Part shown: one piece after another, positions 10,567 through 23,221 of the stretch
Position numbering within the stretch: the stretch's first letter is position 1
Layout: each line of letters starts with the position of its first letter
NCBI GenBank assembly: GCA_030390025.1
Contig: CM059438.1
Span: 66,342,001-66,406,000, forward strand
Reading direction: 5' to 3'
Source of the DNA: Squalus acanthias
Lineage: Eukaryota
DNA: 64,000 nt
Position numbers and translations under genes: made by a program
Notes under the pieces: generated by a model
The model's database searches: none
Seen by the model: the letters and a program-made list of their open reading frames with translations, nothing else
What the model was told of the DNA's origin: nothing

Positions 10567-12394
10567 GGGGGAAAAATTTGTTCTCGCCCGGAAAGTGGTC
10601 GGTGTCCTCGCCAACTGCCGTTAACGGCCACCCGAAATGGCCGCCGCGCTAAACGAGGTCAATTTGTGTGGGGGGACATGGTGGTAGGTGGTGCAGCGCT
10701 AACCTTAGGTGCAACACCGTCCTGGTGGCGTTGCACGAGGGATCCGGGACCAATTTGTTGTCCTGGTGCGGCGTTGCTGCTTCCCCGAGCGTCTGTGAGC
10801 GAGGCTGTGAAGCTCGCAATGCATTGTGGGCAGTGAGCAGCTCTGAAATTTAAAGGGGCCACGCACACTGAAGCAAGAGACAATAAAACGCACTGATTCA
10901 ATACATTTTTCGGCCCTATCTGTATTTTAACAAATAATCAATATTTAAAAGAAATTCCAAATGTGAATATTCAGCACTTAAAGCTGAATTACCTTCCCTA
11001 ACTGCCTCAGCACTACCACAAATAGCTCAGCAAGCCAGGAGAGGGGCACACAGAGTCTCGCACACAGTACTCCAGCTTTGTGCAGGGGTTAACACTGCAA
11101 GACTGGCCCTCTACCCACAGGGGCCAGGAGGCCCTCCAGAAAGAACGATGTGGGAGTACATTACCAAGGCCATCACTGCCAGAAGTGTCGTCCTCACCAC
11201 CTGGCCCCAGTGCCCAAAGAAGCTTCATGACCTCAGACCACTGGTCAAGGTCAATGAATGCATCTTCAAAAGACGTCACCTACCAACTGAATCACTAGCC
11301 TCACACACTGCTCAATGCACAACCCCCAATCACTCACCTACCAACAATCTGCACCAATGATGAGGCACATCTCCCATTCCTAGCATTACCTCACCCCCTT
11401 GGAGGAGACGGTGCAGGCCATTCTTGGCAGGGGCATGGCTGAGCCCTTGGTCAGTGGCGGGGCTGAAAGGATACAAGATGCGGGTATTCTCGTACGTTAT
11501 CCTCCTTCTGGCATGCACCTCTAGGCTTCCCGCCCTCCCGTCAGCACAACTCCACCCTTGTGCCTTCCTCATTTCACACACCCAAGAAATGCATCCTGCC
11601 CAGCCAGTGGATCAACAAGAAGAGGTAGCCTGCCCAGCCAGTGGGACCGCAGGCGGACGATTCCATCCCAGATATTCCGGCCACAAAGGGGCTGTCTGGG
11701 ATGCATCCTTCCATCTGATTCCTCCTCTTCTGCATCTTCCTCTTCTGCGTCTTCCTCTTCCCTCTGCAAGCGGACGCTGTAAATGTGAAATGACAGCGTA
11801 AAATGCTGCAAATACTCAGTTGGTCAGGCAGCATGTGGACCTGAGATGTGAACTCCACGGATGTTGCGTGACCTGCTGAGTATTCGCGGCATGTTCTGTC
11901 TTCTCAAAGGCGGTCACTTACCATCCGAGCTCTTGCAAGCATCCAGCAGCAGTCCCAAAACATTTCAAACACTTTTCACATCTATTGCAGCAAGCTACCA
12001 CCTCAATAAAGTCCAAAGAACCAAGGCCAAACCCTTCCATTCAAACTTACCTGATTGATGTGTGTGTCCCTTTAACAGCTGCAGATATCGCCCCGTCAGC
12101 GTCTGTCAGTTTGCTTGCATGTCAGGTTAACCCTCATGTTTGGGACCCAGCGCTGACTTGTGCGCTAGGGATGAAGTTCATGTAGGTGACGTTAATTCGG
12201 CGTTGCACGCCAACTGATGTCACCACGCCTCCTTTTTTCTCCAGAGCTCTGTCGGTTACCGGCAGCGCAAAGGGGGCGACCAATATGGCGGCCGCCACCA
12301 GGACTACCTCCAGCTGGCGCAAGAGTGGCGGCTGCCATTTTTTCACACATCACTGGCACAACCAGGTGATGGTAAGGACATGAATTTCTCGCCC
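10567..12394 (+). mobile_element. Decayed, internally deleted Harbinger element
   Basis: Ends GGGGGAAAAATTTG / GAATTTCTCGCCC; Myb/SANT remnant WEYITKAITARSVVLTTWPQCPKKLHDL (11148+); acidic transposase-tail-like remnant (EEEDAEEEDAEEEE) on the minus strand. Confidence 0.7.
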
Positions 12395-12465
12395 GATATC
12401 TTTTAAAGAATTAGTTGTTACAATAGCCTTGTCACAACTTTAAAATGTCTCTGCCGCTGTGGTAT

Positions 12466-12926
12466 CAACCACGGCTCAGTTGGTAGCACTCTTGCCTGAG
12501 TCAGAAGGTTGTGGGTTCGTAGTCCTACTCCAGAGACTTGAGCACAAAATCTAGGCTGACACTCCAGTGCAGTGCTGAGGGAGTGCTGCACTGTCGGAGG
12601 TGCCGTCTTTCGGATGAGATGTTAACCCGAGGCCCCGTCTGCTCTCTCTGGTGGCCATAAAACATCCCATGGCACTATTTCGAGGAAGAGCAGGGGAGTT
12701 CTTCCTGGTGTCTTGGCCAATATTTATCCCTCAATCAACATCACTAGAACAGATTACCTGGTCATTATCACATTGCTGTTTGTGGGAGCTGGCTGTGCGT
12801 AAATTAGCTGCCGTGTTTCCCACATTACAACAGACTCTATGCTTCAAAAGTACTTCATTGGCTGTAAATTGTTTTGGGCGGCCTGAGGTGAAAGGCACCA
12901 TATAAATGCAAGTCTTTCTTTTCTTT
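12466..12926 (+). mobile_element. tRNA-derived DeuSINE (SacSINE1/AmnSINE1-like), near full length
   Basis: A/B-box head (ggctcagttggtagcac..gggttcg), Deu-like core (ggccaatatttatccctc..tggtcattatcacattgctgtttgtgggagc), tail ..tataaatgcaagtctttctttt. Confidence 0.85.
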
Positions 12927-13636
12927 TAACTGTTTCCTGAGAAAAGATTGTTTTGATGCTTTGCTTTCCCTGCATTGGGGCAGGTGGGGAATCCATTCAT
13001 GTGGCCTCATGAATTCCTGCTTTGAAGGGAGCTTTGTTTAATATAGGTTGCTCAAAAAACAGTCCCATATCAGGACAAATAGTTTGCTTGTTTCCTCAGA
13101 TGTGTATGCAAATTGGCAACTGCAAGAAAGAGCAAAAGCCATTTCCTACAATCAGCAAGGCGAAGATGTAATTGATTAATAACTTTCTTACCTGCTTATC
13201 ATGAGAAACATGATTTAACATTCAACTGAGCAAGCTGCCTGGGTTAGATCTCTGTCTTTGACATCACACGCAATCAGTTCACTTGGAAAACATACAACTG
13301 AGTTATGGCAACAGGAAATTACTCCATGGGATTTGTTTCTCACCTATAACTTCTCATCACATGCATCTGGTCAAAAGTTACCAAGAAGAACTGAAAAGAT
13401 TTTAGAGTTGTATCATTTTTTAAAAGATACTGCAAATGATCAAGCTCTGCTAAGTATTTTTTGCTTCTGTTTCGTTTTACTTCTTAATAAACACAAATTT
13501 AGTGGTTTTAGCCAGAGATAACAGTCTATCACTGTCACCAGAGAGAGATGGTGAGATCCTATACTGTTTCCAGTGCACAGCTTAATGGTAGAAGGGTTCA
13601 TTGTTCACACAGAGGCCAGCTGTCCGAGATGTTTCT

Positions 13637-16479
13637 GGTTAATAAAGGAAGGAATCACTGTAATACAGAGAAATGATATTGGGTCAAAAGATCAGGATAA
13701 TGAAACAGTTTGGGTGGAGATAAGGAATAATAAGGGGAAAAAAACATTAGCGGGCGTAGTCTATAGGCCTCCGAACAGTTGCAACTCTGTTGGACGGAGT
13801 ATCAATCAGGAAATAGTTGAGGCTTGTAATAAGGGAACATCTATAATTATGGGGGATTTTAACTATCATATTAATTGGACAAATCAAATTGGGCAGGGCT
13901 GCCTTGAGGATGAGTTCATTGAGTGTATTAGGGATGGGTTTCTTGAGCAGTATGTAACTGAACCGACCAGGGGGCAAGCAACCTTAGATCTGGTTCTGTG
14001 TAACGAGACAGGATTAATTAAAAATGTCCTAGTAAAGGATCCCCTTGGAATAAGTGACCATAACATGGTTGAATTCCATATTCAATTAGAGGGTGAGAAG
14101 GCTGGATCTCAAACAAGCGTGCTAAGCTTGAATAAAGGAGACTATGAAGTGTGCGAGTGGAATTGATTAGAGTGGATTGGGAAAATAGATTAAAGGGTAA
14201 GACGATACATGATCAGTGGTGTACATTTAAGGAGTTATTTTACAACTTCCAAAAAATATATATTCCAATGAGAAGAAAAGGGTGTAAAAGAAAAGACAGT
14301 CATCCATGGCTAAGTAAAGAAATTAAGGATAGTATTTGACTAAAAACAAGGGCTTATAAGGTAGCCAAATCTAGTGGGAGGATAGAGGATTGGGAAAACT
14401 TTAAAAGACAGCAAAAAATAACAAAAAGATTGATTAAGAAAGGGAAGATAGATTATGAAAGTAAATTAGCAAAAAATATAAAAACAGATAGTAAGAGTTT
14501 TTATAGTTATATAAAAAGAAAAAGGGTGGCTAAAGTAAATGTTGGTCCCTTAGAGGATGAGACCGGGAAATTAATGGTGGGAAATATGGAGATGGCAAAT
14601 ACACTGAATGAATATTTTGTATCAATCTTTACAGTAGAGGACACTAAGAATATCCCAACACTGGACAAACAGGGGGCTATGGGGGGGAGGAGCTAAACAC
14701 GATCAAAATCACAAAGGAAGTGGTACTCGGTAAAATAATGGGACTCAAGGTGGATAAATCACCTGGACCTGATGGCTTACATCCTAGGGTCTTGAGGGAA
14801 GTAGCGGTAGGGATTGTGGATGCATTGGTAATAATTTTCCAAAACTCCCTGGACTCAGCAAAGATCCCGGCAGACTGGAAAACTGCTAATGTAACACCCT
14901 TATTTAAAAAGGGCAGTAGACAGAAGGCTGGAAACTATAGACCGGTTAGCCTAACATCTGTGGTAGGTAACATTTTGGAGTCCATTATTAAGGAGACAGT
15001 AACGGGACATTTAGATAATAATTTAATAGGACAAAGTCAGCATGGTTTTATGAAGGGGAAGTCATGTTTGACAAATTTGCTGGAGTTCTTTGAGGAAGTA
15101 ACATACCGGGTGGATAAAGGGGAACCAGTGGATGTGGTGTATTTAGACTTCCAAAAGGCATTTGACAAGGTGCCACACAAAAGATTATTGCTTAAGATAA
15201 AAAAATCACGGGATTGAGGGTAATATTCTGGCATGGATAGAGGATTGGCTATCTAACAGAAGGCAGAGAGTTGGGATAAATGGTTCATTCTCAGACTGGC
15301 AATCAGTAACTAGTGGTGTTCCGCAGGGGTCAGTGCTGGGTCCCCAACTCTTTACAATCTATATTAACGATTTGGAGGAGGGGACCGAGTGTAACATATC
15401 AAAGTTTGCAGATGATACTAAGATGAGAGGGAAAGTAGTGAGTGAGGAGGACATAAAAACTCTGCAAGGGGACATAGACAGGCTAAGTAAGTGGGCAGAG
15501 ATTTGGCAGATGGAATACAATACTAGAAAGTGTGAGGTTATGCACTTTGGCAGGAAAAATAGTAGAGCAAGTTATTATCTTAATGGCAAGAAACTGGAAA
15601 GTACTGAAGTACAAAGGGATCTGGGGGTCCTGGTGCATGAAACTCAAAAGGTTAGTATGCAGGTGCAGCAAGTGATTAAGAAGGCCAATGGAATGTTGGT
15701 TTTCATTACTAGGGGGATAGAATATAAAAATAGGGAGGTACTGCTTCAGTTGTACAAGGTATTGGTGAGACTGCACCTGGAATACTGCATACAGTTTTGG
15801 TGTCCATACTTAAGAAAAGACATACTTGCTCTCGAGTCAGTACAAAGAAGGTTCACTCGGTTAATCCCGGGGATGAGGGGATGGACATATGAGGAGAGGT
15901 TGGGTAGATTGGGACTCTACTTATTGGAGTTCAGAAGAATGAGAGGCGATCTTATTGAAACATATAAGATTGTGAAGGGGTTGCATCGGGTGGATGCGGG
16001 GAGGATGTTCCCGATGATGGGTGAAACTAGAACTAGGGGGCATAGTCTTAGAATAAGGGGCTGCTCTTTCAAAACTGAGATGAGAAGGAACTACTTCACT
16101 CAGAGGGTGGTAGGTCCATGGAATATGCTGCCCCAAAAAGCTGTAGAAGCTACATCATTACATAAATTTAAAACAGAAATAGACAGTTTCTTAGAAGTAA
16201 AGGGAATTAGGGTTACGGGGAGCGGGCAGGAATTTGGACATGAGTCTAGGTTTGGATCGGTCATGGCCCTGTGGGTAGCGTAGCGGGCCCAGGGGCCGTG
16301 TAGCCTGATCCTGCTCCTATTTTGGGTGTCCAATTCTGTTAGGTTCAGGAGATGGTTCTGTGATAGTAGATTGGCGGTTAGGATCAGATCAGCCATGATC
16401 TTATTGAATGGCGGAGCGGGCTCGAGGGGCCAATTGGCCTACTCCTGCTCCTATTTCTTATGTTCTTATGTTCTTATGT
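13637..16479 (+). mobile_element. CR1-clade LINE, ~2.8 kb, ORF2 (APE endonuclease + RT) broken by frameshifts
   Basis: ORFs 13573-14166 (VVYRPP, MGDFN, SDHN), 14720-15217 (KSPGPDG, NYRPVSLTS, LDFQKAFD), 15333-16283 (FADDTK); (TTCTTATG)n tail. Confidence 0.96.
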
Positions 16480-17878
16480 TTTGCATACAAGGTCAAATTT
16501 GGTTCATAGCAAGCTTGTGCTGCCTAGCGAATCTGACTTTTACATTCATCACAAATAAATAGTATCTGGAGAGTGCCATAATACTGGCATCATGAAGCAT
16601 GGTGGGCCAAACATCTTTTTATGTTTGTGGATAAAGAGAAGTCAGAAGAAGTGTGTGTGTTTTTATCCCGATGACAACACACACATGTAATGCAATGATG
16701 TTTGTGACCCAGTGTATATCACCAGGTCCTAAGTTTGCCACAAATTGGTTCCCTCATTAAGCATATGTGAAGCAATACAAAAACAGTTGAACTCTCTGCT
16801 GAGAAGAAAGCCAGCCTTTGCTGTTTGTTGCATCTGCGATTAGCTCTCTTTTTTTCTCTTAAACAGCCGGCTTGTTAACTGTATAGATAATTATGCAACT
16901 CAGTGATTCTGTCATGTAGGAATTTAATTGGGTGTTAAAGCCACTTGACCTGGTTTTCCTTTCCCCCCCCCCCCCCTCCGACTTTGGTGTACATGCATGG
17001 CATTTTGACATGCAGACTCGCTCACTTGATAGCTAAAAACCTTTGGAGTCGAGTATTCTCTCAGTCAAAGTCAAGAATTCTCTCGTATCCAGGATTGTGA
17101 GGGGTTATTAAAATGCTGAGTCTGTCCATAAAACCGCTTCAGCCACTGCTGTGCAGCAATTGAAGTAACCCAGAAGGGTTCGTTGCTGGCATGTATGTAA
17201 TACTGTACTCTATCATTCAGCACTCAACTCCAAGGACAAACTATCGTGATGTGTTGTCAGGGAAACGAGCAAATCCAGTCCCAGCCCACTTTATCCTACG
17301 TGTCAGCAAGACATGAAACACTTAGGTGAAGAAGAAAATTATTTCATCTTTACATTTAGAGCTTTGATGTCCATTCAGAGGCTGATATCATTGTCAGTTC
17401 TATGCATGCAAACTACTAAAGGCAGATTTGTTAACACCAGTTGATAACCTTGCACGCAGTTGACGTTATGCAGAGGAGGGGTCGACATGACAGCACCGTC
17501 TTCGAGCCCTCTTTCCACAGGAGATTAAGAAGTGAATGAACGCTCCCTTTGTGCTTTACAATATAGGGTTTGGATTGCACAATAACCGATCACTGTTCAG
17601 TATATGCACTCAGCTGCAGCACAGGGCAAGTGTTAATAGTGATTCGAATCTGGCTGCTCAAAACACACATTAATAAGTATCTCCACAGTATGCATTTGGA
17701 CTTTGCAAATAACGTTTCAGCAAACAAGCTTACACTGTGTAAATTGTTCAGTTCACAACAGCTCAGTATGGAATCAAATGTTGTGTGGGTTGTACGAAGG
17801 AGGGTAGAGTGATGCACGTTTGCTTTATAAGTGGGGATGTGCTGCACTTTGCTTGTCAACATCAAATTCTTGGCTAAT

Positions 17879-18053
17879 ACAATAGCAAAATACTGCGGAT
17901 GCTGGAAATCTGAAATAACAACAGAAAGTGCTGGACGCACTCAGCAGGCCAGGCAGCATCCGTGGAGAGAGAAACAGAGTTAACCTTTCAGGTCTGGGAC
18001 CCTTCTTCAGAACTGGAAAAGGCTGGAGATGTAACAGATTTTAAGTAGGTGCA
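17879..18053 (-). mobile_element. Penelope-like pseudo-LTR fragment with a degenerate hammerhead motif
   Basis: Matches the terminal region of 47157-47330. Confidence 0.75.
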
Positions 18054-18059
18054 CCTGTG

Positions 18060-18300
18060 CAGGCAGGCTATCTGACTGGTGGACATTGCAGCCACGTCTT
18101 TTTCTCATCCAGCATCCACACATGCAGTTTTCAGTGAGCAGCCATTGAAAGGAAGGCCAGAAGCAGGAACTCGAGTTGATTTTTTGTTGTTCCTCATTCC
18201 CTAGCTCTGGGGTACTGCTGCCAATTGTGTTGACCTCACTGCTTCCCCAGCTGAAATCAGGTAACTCATTACAGACTGGGGATGGAATTTGAGATCTTCT
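18060..18300 (-). mobile_element. Old LF-SINE-like relic (a second piece lies at ~18405-18570)
   Basis: ctgaaatcaggtaactcattacagactggggatggaa and catccacacatgc motifs resemble the reverse complement of LF-SINE (from memory). Confidence 0.5.
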
Positions 18301-18705
18301 ACGTAAGTATATTGTTTTTCTCTGTCCCTGAACCTAATGATTCTTGCTGGATTCTAAGCCCACATTTGCAAGCAGCACCAACGTATTTCATCCAAAAGGC
18401 CATTGATCAATTTTGTGTGAAACTAGCCAGTGAGTGTTGTCAGTCATTTTGACCATGAGGATATCACAGCCACATCTGATTCTGTTCTTAGCGAGTGTCC
18501 ACATACGGGCAGTTTCCAGCAGCAATCACTGAGTGATGAATTGAGATTGGTTAAGCCAGACTTAGGACCAGTCCTGGAACATTCTTGGCTGAGTACATCT
18601 TCAAGAACTTACATTTACACAGTGTCTTTAACATATCAAAACACCTCAAGCCTCTTCACAATTTGATATCAGAACTGAAATAGAGAAGGATGGGAATTAG
18701 GGGAT

Positions 18706-18925
18706 AAAAACAGAAAATTCTGGAAATACTCAGCAGGCCAGGCAGTATCTGTGGAGAGAGAAACAGAGTTAACATTTCAGGTCAATGACCTTTCGTCAGA
18801 ACTGGATAAACTCAGAGATGTAGCAGATTTTAAGCAAGTGCAGGGGCAGGGAAAGGGGGAGGGGAGGAAAGAACAAAAGGAAAGGTCTGTAATAGGGTGA
18901 AAGGCAGGAGTGACTGAATGAGAAT
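18706..18925 (-). mobile_element. Penelope-like pseudo-LTR fragment
   Basis: aacagaaaattctggaaatactcagcagg..gagttaacatttcaggtcaatgacctttcgtcagaact, same family as 47157-49053. Confidence 0.8.
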
Positions 18926-19169
18926 TAGGGGAAATGGCTACAGGTGCAGTCAAAGAGGTAGGTTTGAAGGAGGTTTTTGAAGTTAGGAAGGGATGTTGCA
19001 AGGTGAAGGGATTTAGGAAGTGAGTTAAAGTGTGGGGGTAAGATGTCTAGAGGCACCACCACATGATAAGTTGGAAGCAGAGAGCAATGCTCAGCAGACG
19101 AGAGATGGAAGAACAGAGGGTATGAACTAGATGCAAGGCTGAAGGACATTTGAGAGGAAGGATGTTTTT

Positions 19170-19885
19170 GTTAATTCTTTCATGGGATGTGGGCGTCGCT
19201 GGCAAGGCCTGCATTTATTGCCCATCCCTAAGTGCTCTTGAGAAGGTGGTGGTGAGCCGCCTTCTTGAACTGCTGCAGTCCGTGTGGTGAAGGTACTCCC
19301 ACAGTGCTGTTAGGTGGGGAGTTCCAGGACTTTGACCCAGCGACGATGAAGGATCGGCGATATACTTCTAAGTCAGGATGGTGTGTGACTTGGAGGGGAA
19401 CTTGGAGGTGGTGGTGTTCCCATGCACCTGCTGCCCTTGTCCTTCTAGGTGGAAGAGGTCGCGGGTTTGGGAGGTGCTGCTGAAGAAGCCTTGGCGAGTT
19501 GCTGCAGTGCATCTTGTAGATGGTACACACTGCAGCCACGTTGCACCCAGTAGTGGAGGGGGTGAATGTTTAAGGTGGTGGATGGGGTGCCAATCAAGCG
19601 GGCTGCTTTATCCTGGATGGTGTCGAGTTTCTTGAGTGTTGTTGGAGCTGCACTCATCCAGTCACGTGGAGAGTATTCCATCACACTCCTGACTTGTGCC
19701 TTGTAGGTGGTGGAAAAGCTTTAGGGAGTCAGGAGGTGAGTTACTCACCGCAGAATACCCAGCCTCTAACTTGCTCTTGTAGCCACAGTATTTATGTGGC
19801 TGGTTCAATTATGTTTCTGGTCAATGGTGACCCCCAAGATGTTGATGGTGGGGGTTTCAATGATGGTAATGCCATTGAATGTGAT
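19170..19885 (-). mobile_element. LINE 3' fragment (CR1/L2-group family, 'MEYSPLAWMSAAPTTLKKLD' type)
   Basis: ORFs 19445-19684 and 19228-19539; same family at 55910-56450 and 62245-62688. Confidence 0.85.
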
Positions 19886-19899
19886 TAGACTCTCTCTTG

Positions 19900-20330
19900 G
19901 CGAGTTGAACAGAAAGTTCTGCCTCATCTGCAGCTTAATAATGAACAGACAATAGGACAGCATAACAACAGTTGTGGAATCAAGAGTGGTTGTGGAGAGG
20001 TAAATTTGTCTACACCCAACATTCACATGAAAACTGACCACAGTTGTGGATGATGTCACTGAGGAGTAACAAACACGTGAGGAAGAGGAGGTCAAGGATG
20101 GAACATTGTGGCACCAGAGGTGACTGCAAGTACTGTTGGAGAGGCCATTGCAGAAGATGTGCTGGCTGCAGCGAGATGGATAGTAATGGAACCGTGTGGG
20201 GGCAGTACCATAGTGGTGGACCATAAAGGAGAGGTGGTGGAGAAGGATGTTATGGTCAACTGAGCCGAATGCTTTGGAGAGGATCAGGAGAGATAATGCT
20301 CCCTGGTTCCAGTCACACATAATCTGTAGT
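19900..20330 (-). mobile_element. Decayed L2 reverse-transcriptase fragment
   Basis: LLILSKAFGSVDHNILLHHL (cf. LLDLSAAFDTVDH.ILL) within ORF 19805-20509. Confidence 0.65.
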
Positions 20331-20744
20331 TGAGAAGAGGGTGCAGTTTCTGAAGTCGGCAAGCACTGGGGTAGTAGATAATGAATTTGCTCACTAGACC
20401 ACGGTGCAGCCAAAACTTGGTTTTCAAAATAAGATTGCAGGGGAAATGAATTGCTGGCAAAACAAATATCTTTCACTGTGAGTGTGTTGATGCTGAAGTT
20501 CTCATTCATCAGTCAGCTTGGGTTATTATGCAGCTGCCTTTGAATATTGCTTTTTTGGTTTGCATGAGTCACAGTTCTGTTAACTTTCTTGTAACATTTG
20601 TTTTGTGCATTTTAGTAACACACTGATATTTCATTGCTCAAAGCACAAAGAAAACAATGCTATAGCCATGTAAACAGATGCCTGGCGTAAGGCTGTATGA
20701 AGGGTTATTATGAAGTTGCCTTTGAATATTGCTTTTTTAGTTAA

Positions 20745-23032
20745 AAGATAAATGAAGTAAAAGTAGGGGAACATCTAGGCAATAGTGACCATCATATAAT
20801 ACGCTTTAAGATAATAATTGAGAAGGACACAAGTATGACGAAGATTAGGGTAATAGATTGGAGAAAAGCTGATTTTGTGGGGCTCAGAATAGAACTTAGG
20901 AAAATAAAATGGACAGCAGTGGGAAATATTTAAAATGGTGTTCAACAGAGTCCGGGAAAAATATATTCCGCTAAAAAACAAGAACAAGCTAAACACTAAT
21001 GAGACACCATGGATGAATAAAGACATAAAGGAAAAAATTGAAGGTAAGCAAAGAGGCATACACTAAGTACATGGATAGCAGGGGTGAACATGACAAGAGA
21101 GAATACAAAGAGATTAGGAGAGAAGTCAAAGAAACAATTAGAAAGGCATAAAGGAACTATGAAATTAAATTTTCAAGGAACATAAAACAAAATAGTAAAA
21201 TATTTTGCAGGCACATAAATAAAAAAAAAGGAAAGTTGGGATGGGAATAGGACCACTAAGGGATGGACAGGATAATATCACAGGCAGCGATAGAGAGATG
21301 GCAGAAATATTAAATAATTACTTTGCTTTAGTATTTACCAGAGAGACAGAATAGGTGGACATGACATTGGATGATGAGATAGAAATGAGATACCTGCATT
21401 TATAATAAAAAGAGGAGAAATATTAAATAAACTAATTAAACTCAAAGAGGATAAAACCCGTGGTCCAGACGGATTACATCCGCGCATTTTAAAAGAATCT
21501 AGGGATGAGATAGCAGAGGCATTACAACACATAGTTAATAATTTGTTAGAACAAGGTGTAGTGCCAGAGGACTGGCGGATAGCTAACGTAATACCTATAT
21601 TTAAGAAGGGGTATAGAATATGTCCAGGGAATTATAGACCAGTCAGCTTAACATCAGTGGCAGGAACAATAATGGAAGCCCTACTAAAGGAGAAAATAGA
21701 AGACTATCTAGAAACCAAAAATATAATAATGAATAGTCAGCATGGATTTCAAAAGGGAAAGTATTGCTTGACCAATCTCATTGAATTTTTTGAAGAGGTA
21801 ACAGAGAGAGTAGACAAGGGTAAAGCAGTAGATGCAATTTATCTAGATTTTCAAAAGGCCTTTGATAAGTTACCACATAATTGACTAATGAATAAGGTCA
21901 GAGCATGTGGAGTCAGGGGACAAGTAGCAGAATGGATAACTAGTTGGCTTCAATACAGAAAGCAGAGAGTAGGGGTAAAGGGGAGGTATTCAGAGTGGTA
22001 GAAGGTAGGAAGTGATGTTCCACAAAGATCAGTGCTGGCACCACTGTTGTTCACAATTTATATTAATGATTTAGACTTTGGAATCAAAAACACAATTTCT
22101 AAACTTGCAAATGACTCCAATTTGGGGGGGATAGTCAATACTGAGGAGGACTGCAACACATTACAGGAAGACATTGATAAACTTGAATAATAGGCATATA
22201 ATTGGCAAATGCAATTCAGCACAGATAAATGTGAGGTATTACATTTTGGTAAGAAAAATAGGGAGGTCACATATTACTTGGGAATTATGAATCTAAGTGG
22301 GGTAGAAGAGCAAAGGGATCGTGGAGTACAAATACACAAATCACTGAAAGTAGCGACGCAGGTTAATAAGGCCATAGAAAAAGCAAACCAAGCACACGGG
22401 TTTATTTCTAGAGGGACTGAATTGAAAAATAGAGAAGTTATGCTAAACTTGTATCGAACCCTGGTTAGACGACGCTTGGAGAACTGCGTACAATTCTGGT
22501 CGCTATATTATAAAAAGGATATAGAGGCACTGGAGAGGGTACAGAGAAGATTTACAAGGATGATACCAAAAATGAGAGGGTATAACTATCAGGAAAGGAT
22601 GAACAGGCTGGGTCTCTTTTCTCTTGAAAAAAGAAGGCTGAGGGGTGACCAAATAGAGGTCTTTAAAATTATGAAAGGTTTTGATAGAGTGGATACAGAG
22701 AGAATGTTTCCACTTGTGGGGAAGAGCAAAACTAGAGGCCATCAATATAAGATAGTTAACAAGAAATCCAATAGGGAATTCAGAAGGAACTACTTTACCC
22801 AGAGAGTGGTGAGAATGTGAACTCGCTACCACAGGGAGTGGTTGAAGCGAATATTATAGATGTATTTAAGGGGAGGCTAGATAAGCATATGAGGGAGAAG
22901 GGAATAGAGGGTTATGCTGATAGAGTTAGATGAGGAAAGATGGGAGGAGGCTCGAGTGGAGCATAAACGCCAGCATGGACTGGTTGGGCCGAATGGCCTG
23001 TTTCTGTGCTCTATATCTTATGTAATCCTATG
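20745..23032 (+). mobile_element. CR1-clade LINE ORF2 fragment with 3' UTR
   Basis: ORFs 21543-21884 (VPEDWRIANV, NYRPVSLTS, LDFQKAFD) and 22209-22820; tail ctctatatcttatgtaatcctatg. Confidence 0.93.
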
Positions 23033-23221
23033 AAAACTTGAGAGACAATTTCCTATTGGCGTTTGATTTGATTTTGTTCAGACTGCTCGCAAAGAAAACT
23101 CATCTTTCACTGGATCTTCCAATCAGTCTCACTAGGGTTAGGATGTCTCTGCAGTTGTGTTACATGTGTCATCCCACACCAACCAATCTATTAGATCTGA
23201 CTATTAGATATTGTTATTTGA

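Noticed and set aside
12466..12545. tRNA genes at SINE heads (also ~45500-45575, ~50300-50372, ~23395-23480)
   Set aside because: The A/B boxes belong to tRNA-derived SINEs and run into SINE cores; there is no complete cloverleaf with a terminator.
13100..13167. Possible small host exon (ttcctcag|ATGTGTATGC..GAAGAT|gtaatt)
   Set aside because: The splice-like flanks are weak and the peptide is not recognisable; nothing in the sequence alone supports it.
20522..20742. 40-bp direct repeat (ggttattatg.ag.tgcctttgaatattgctttttt.gtt) next to a CR1 5' end
   Set aside because: It does not flank a recognisable element and is not the LINE's TSD; most likely a simple local duplication.
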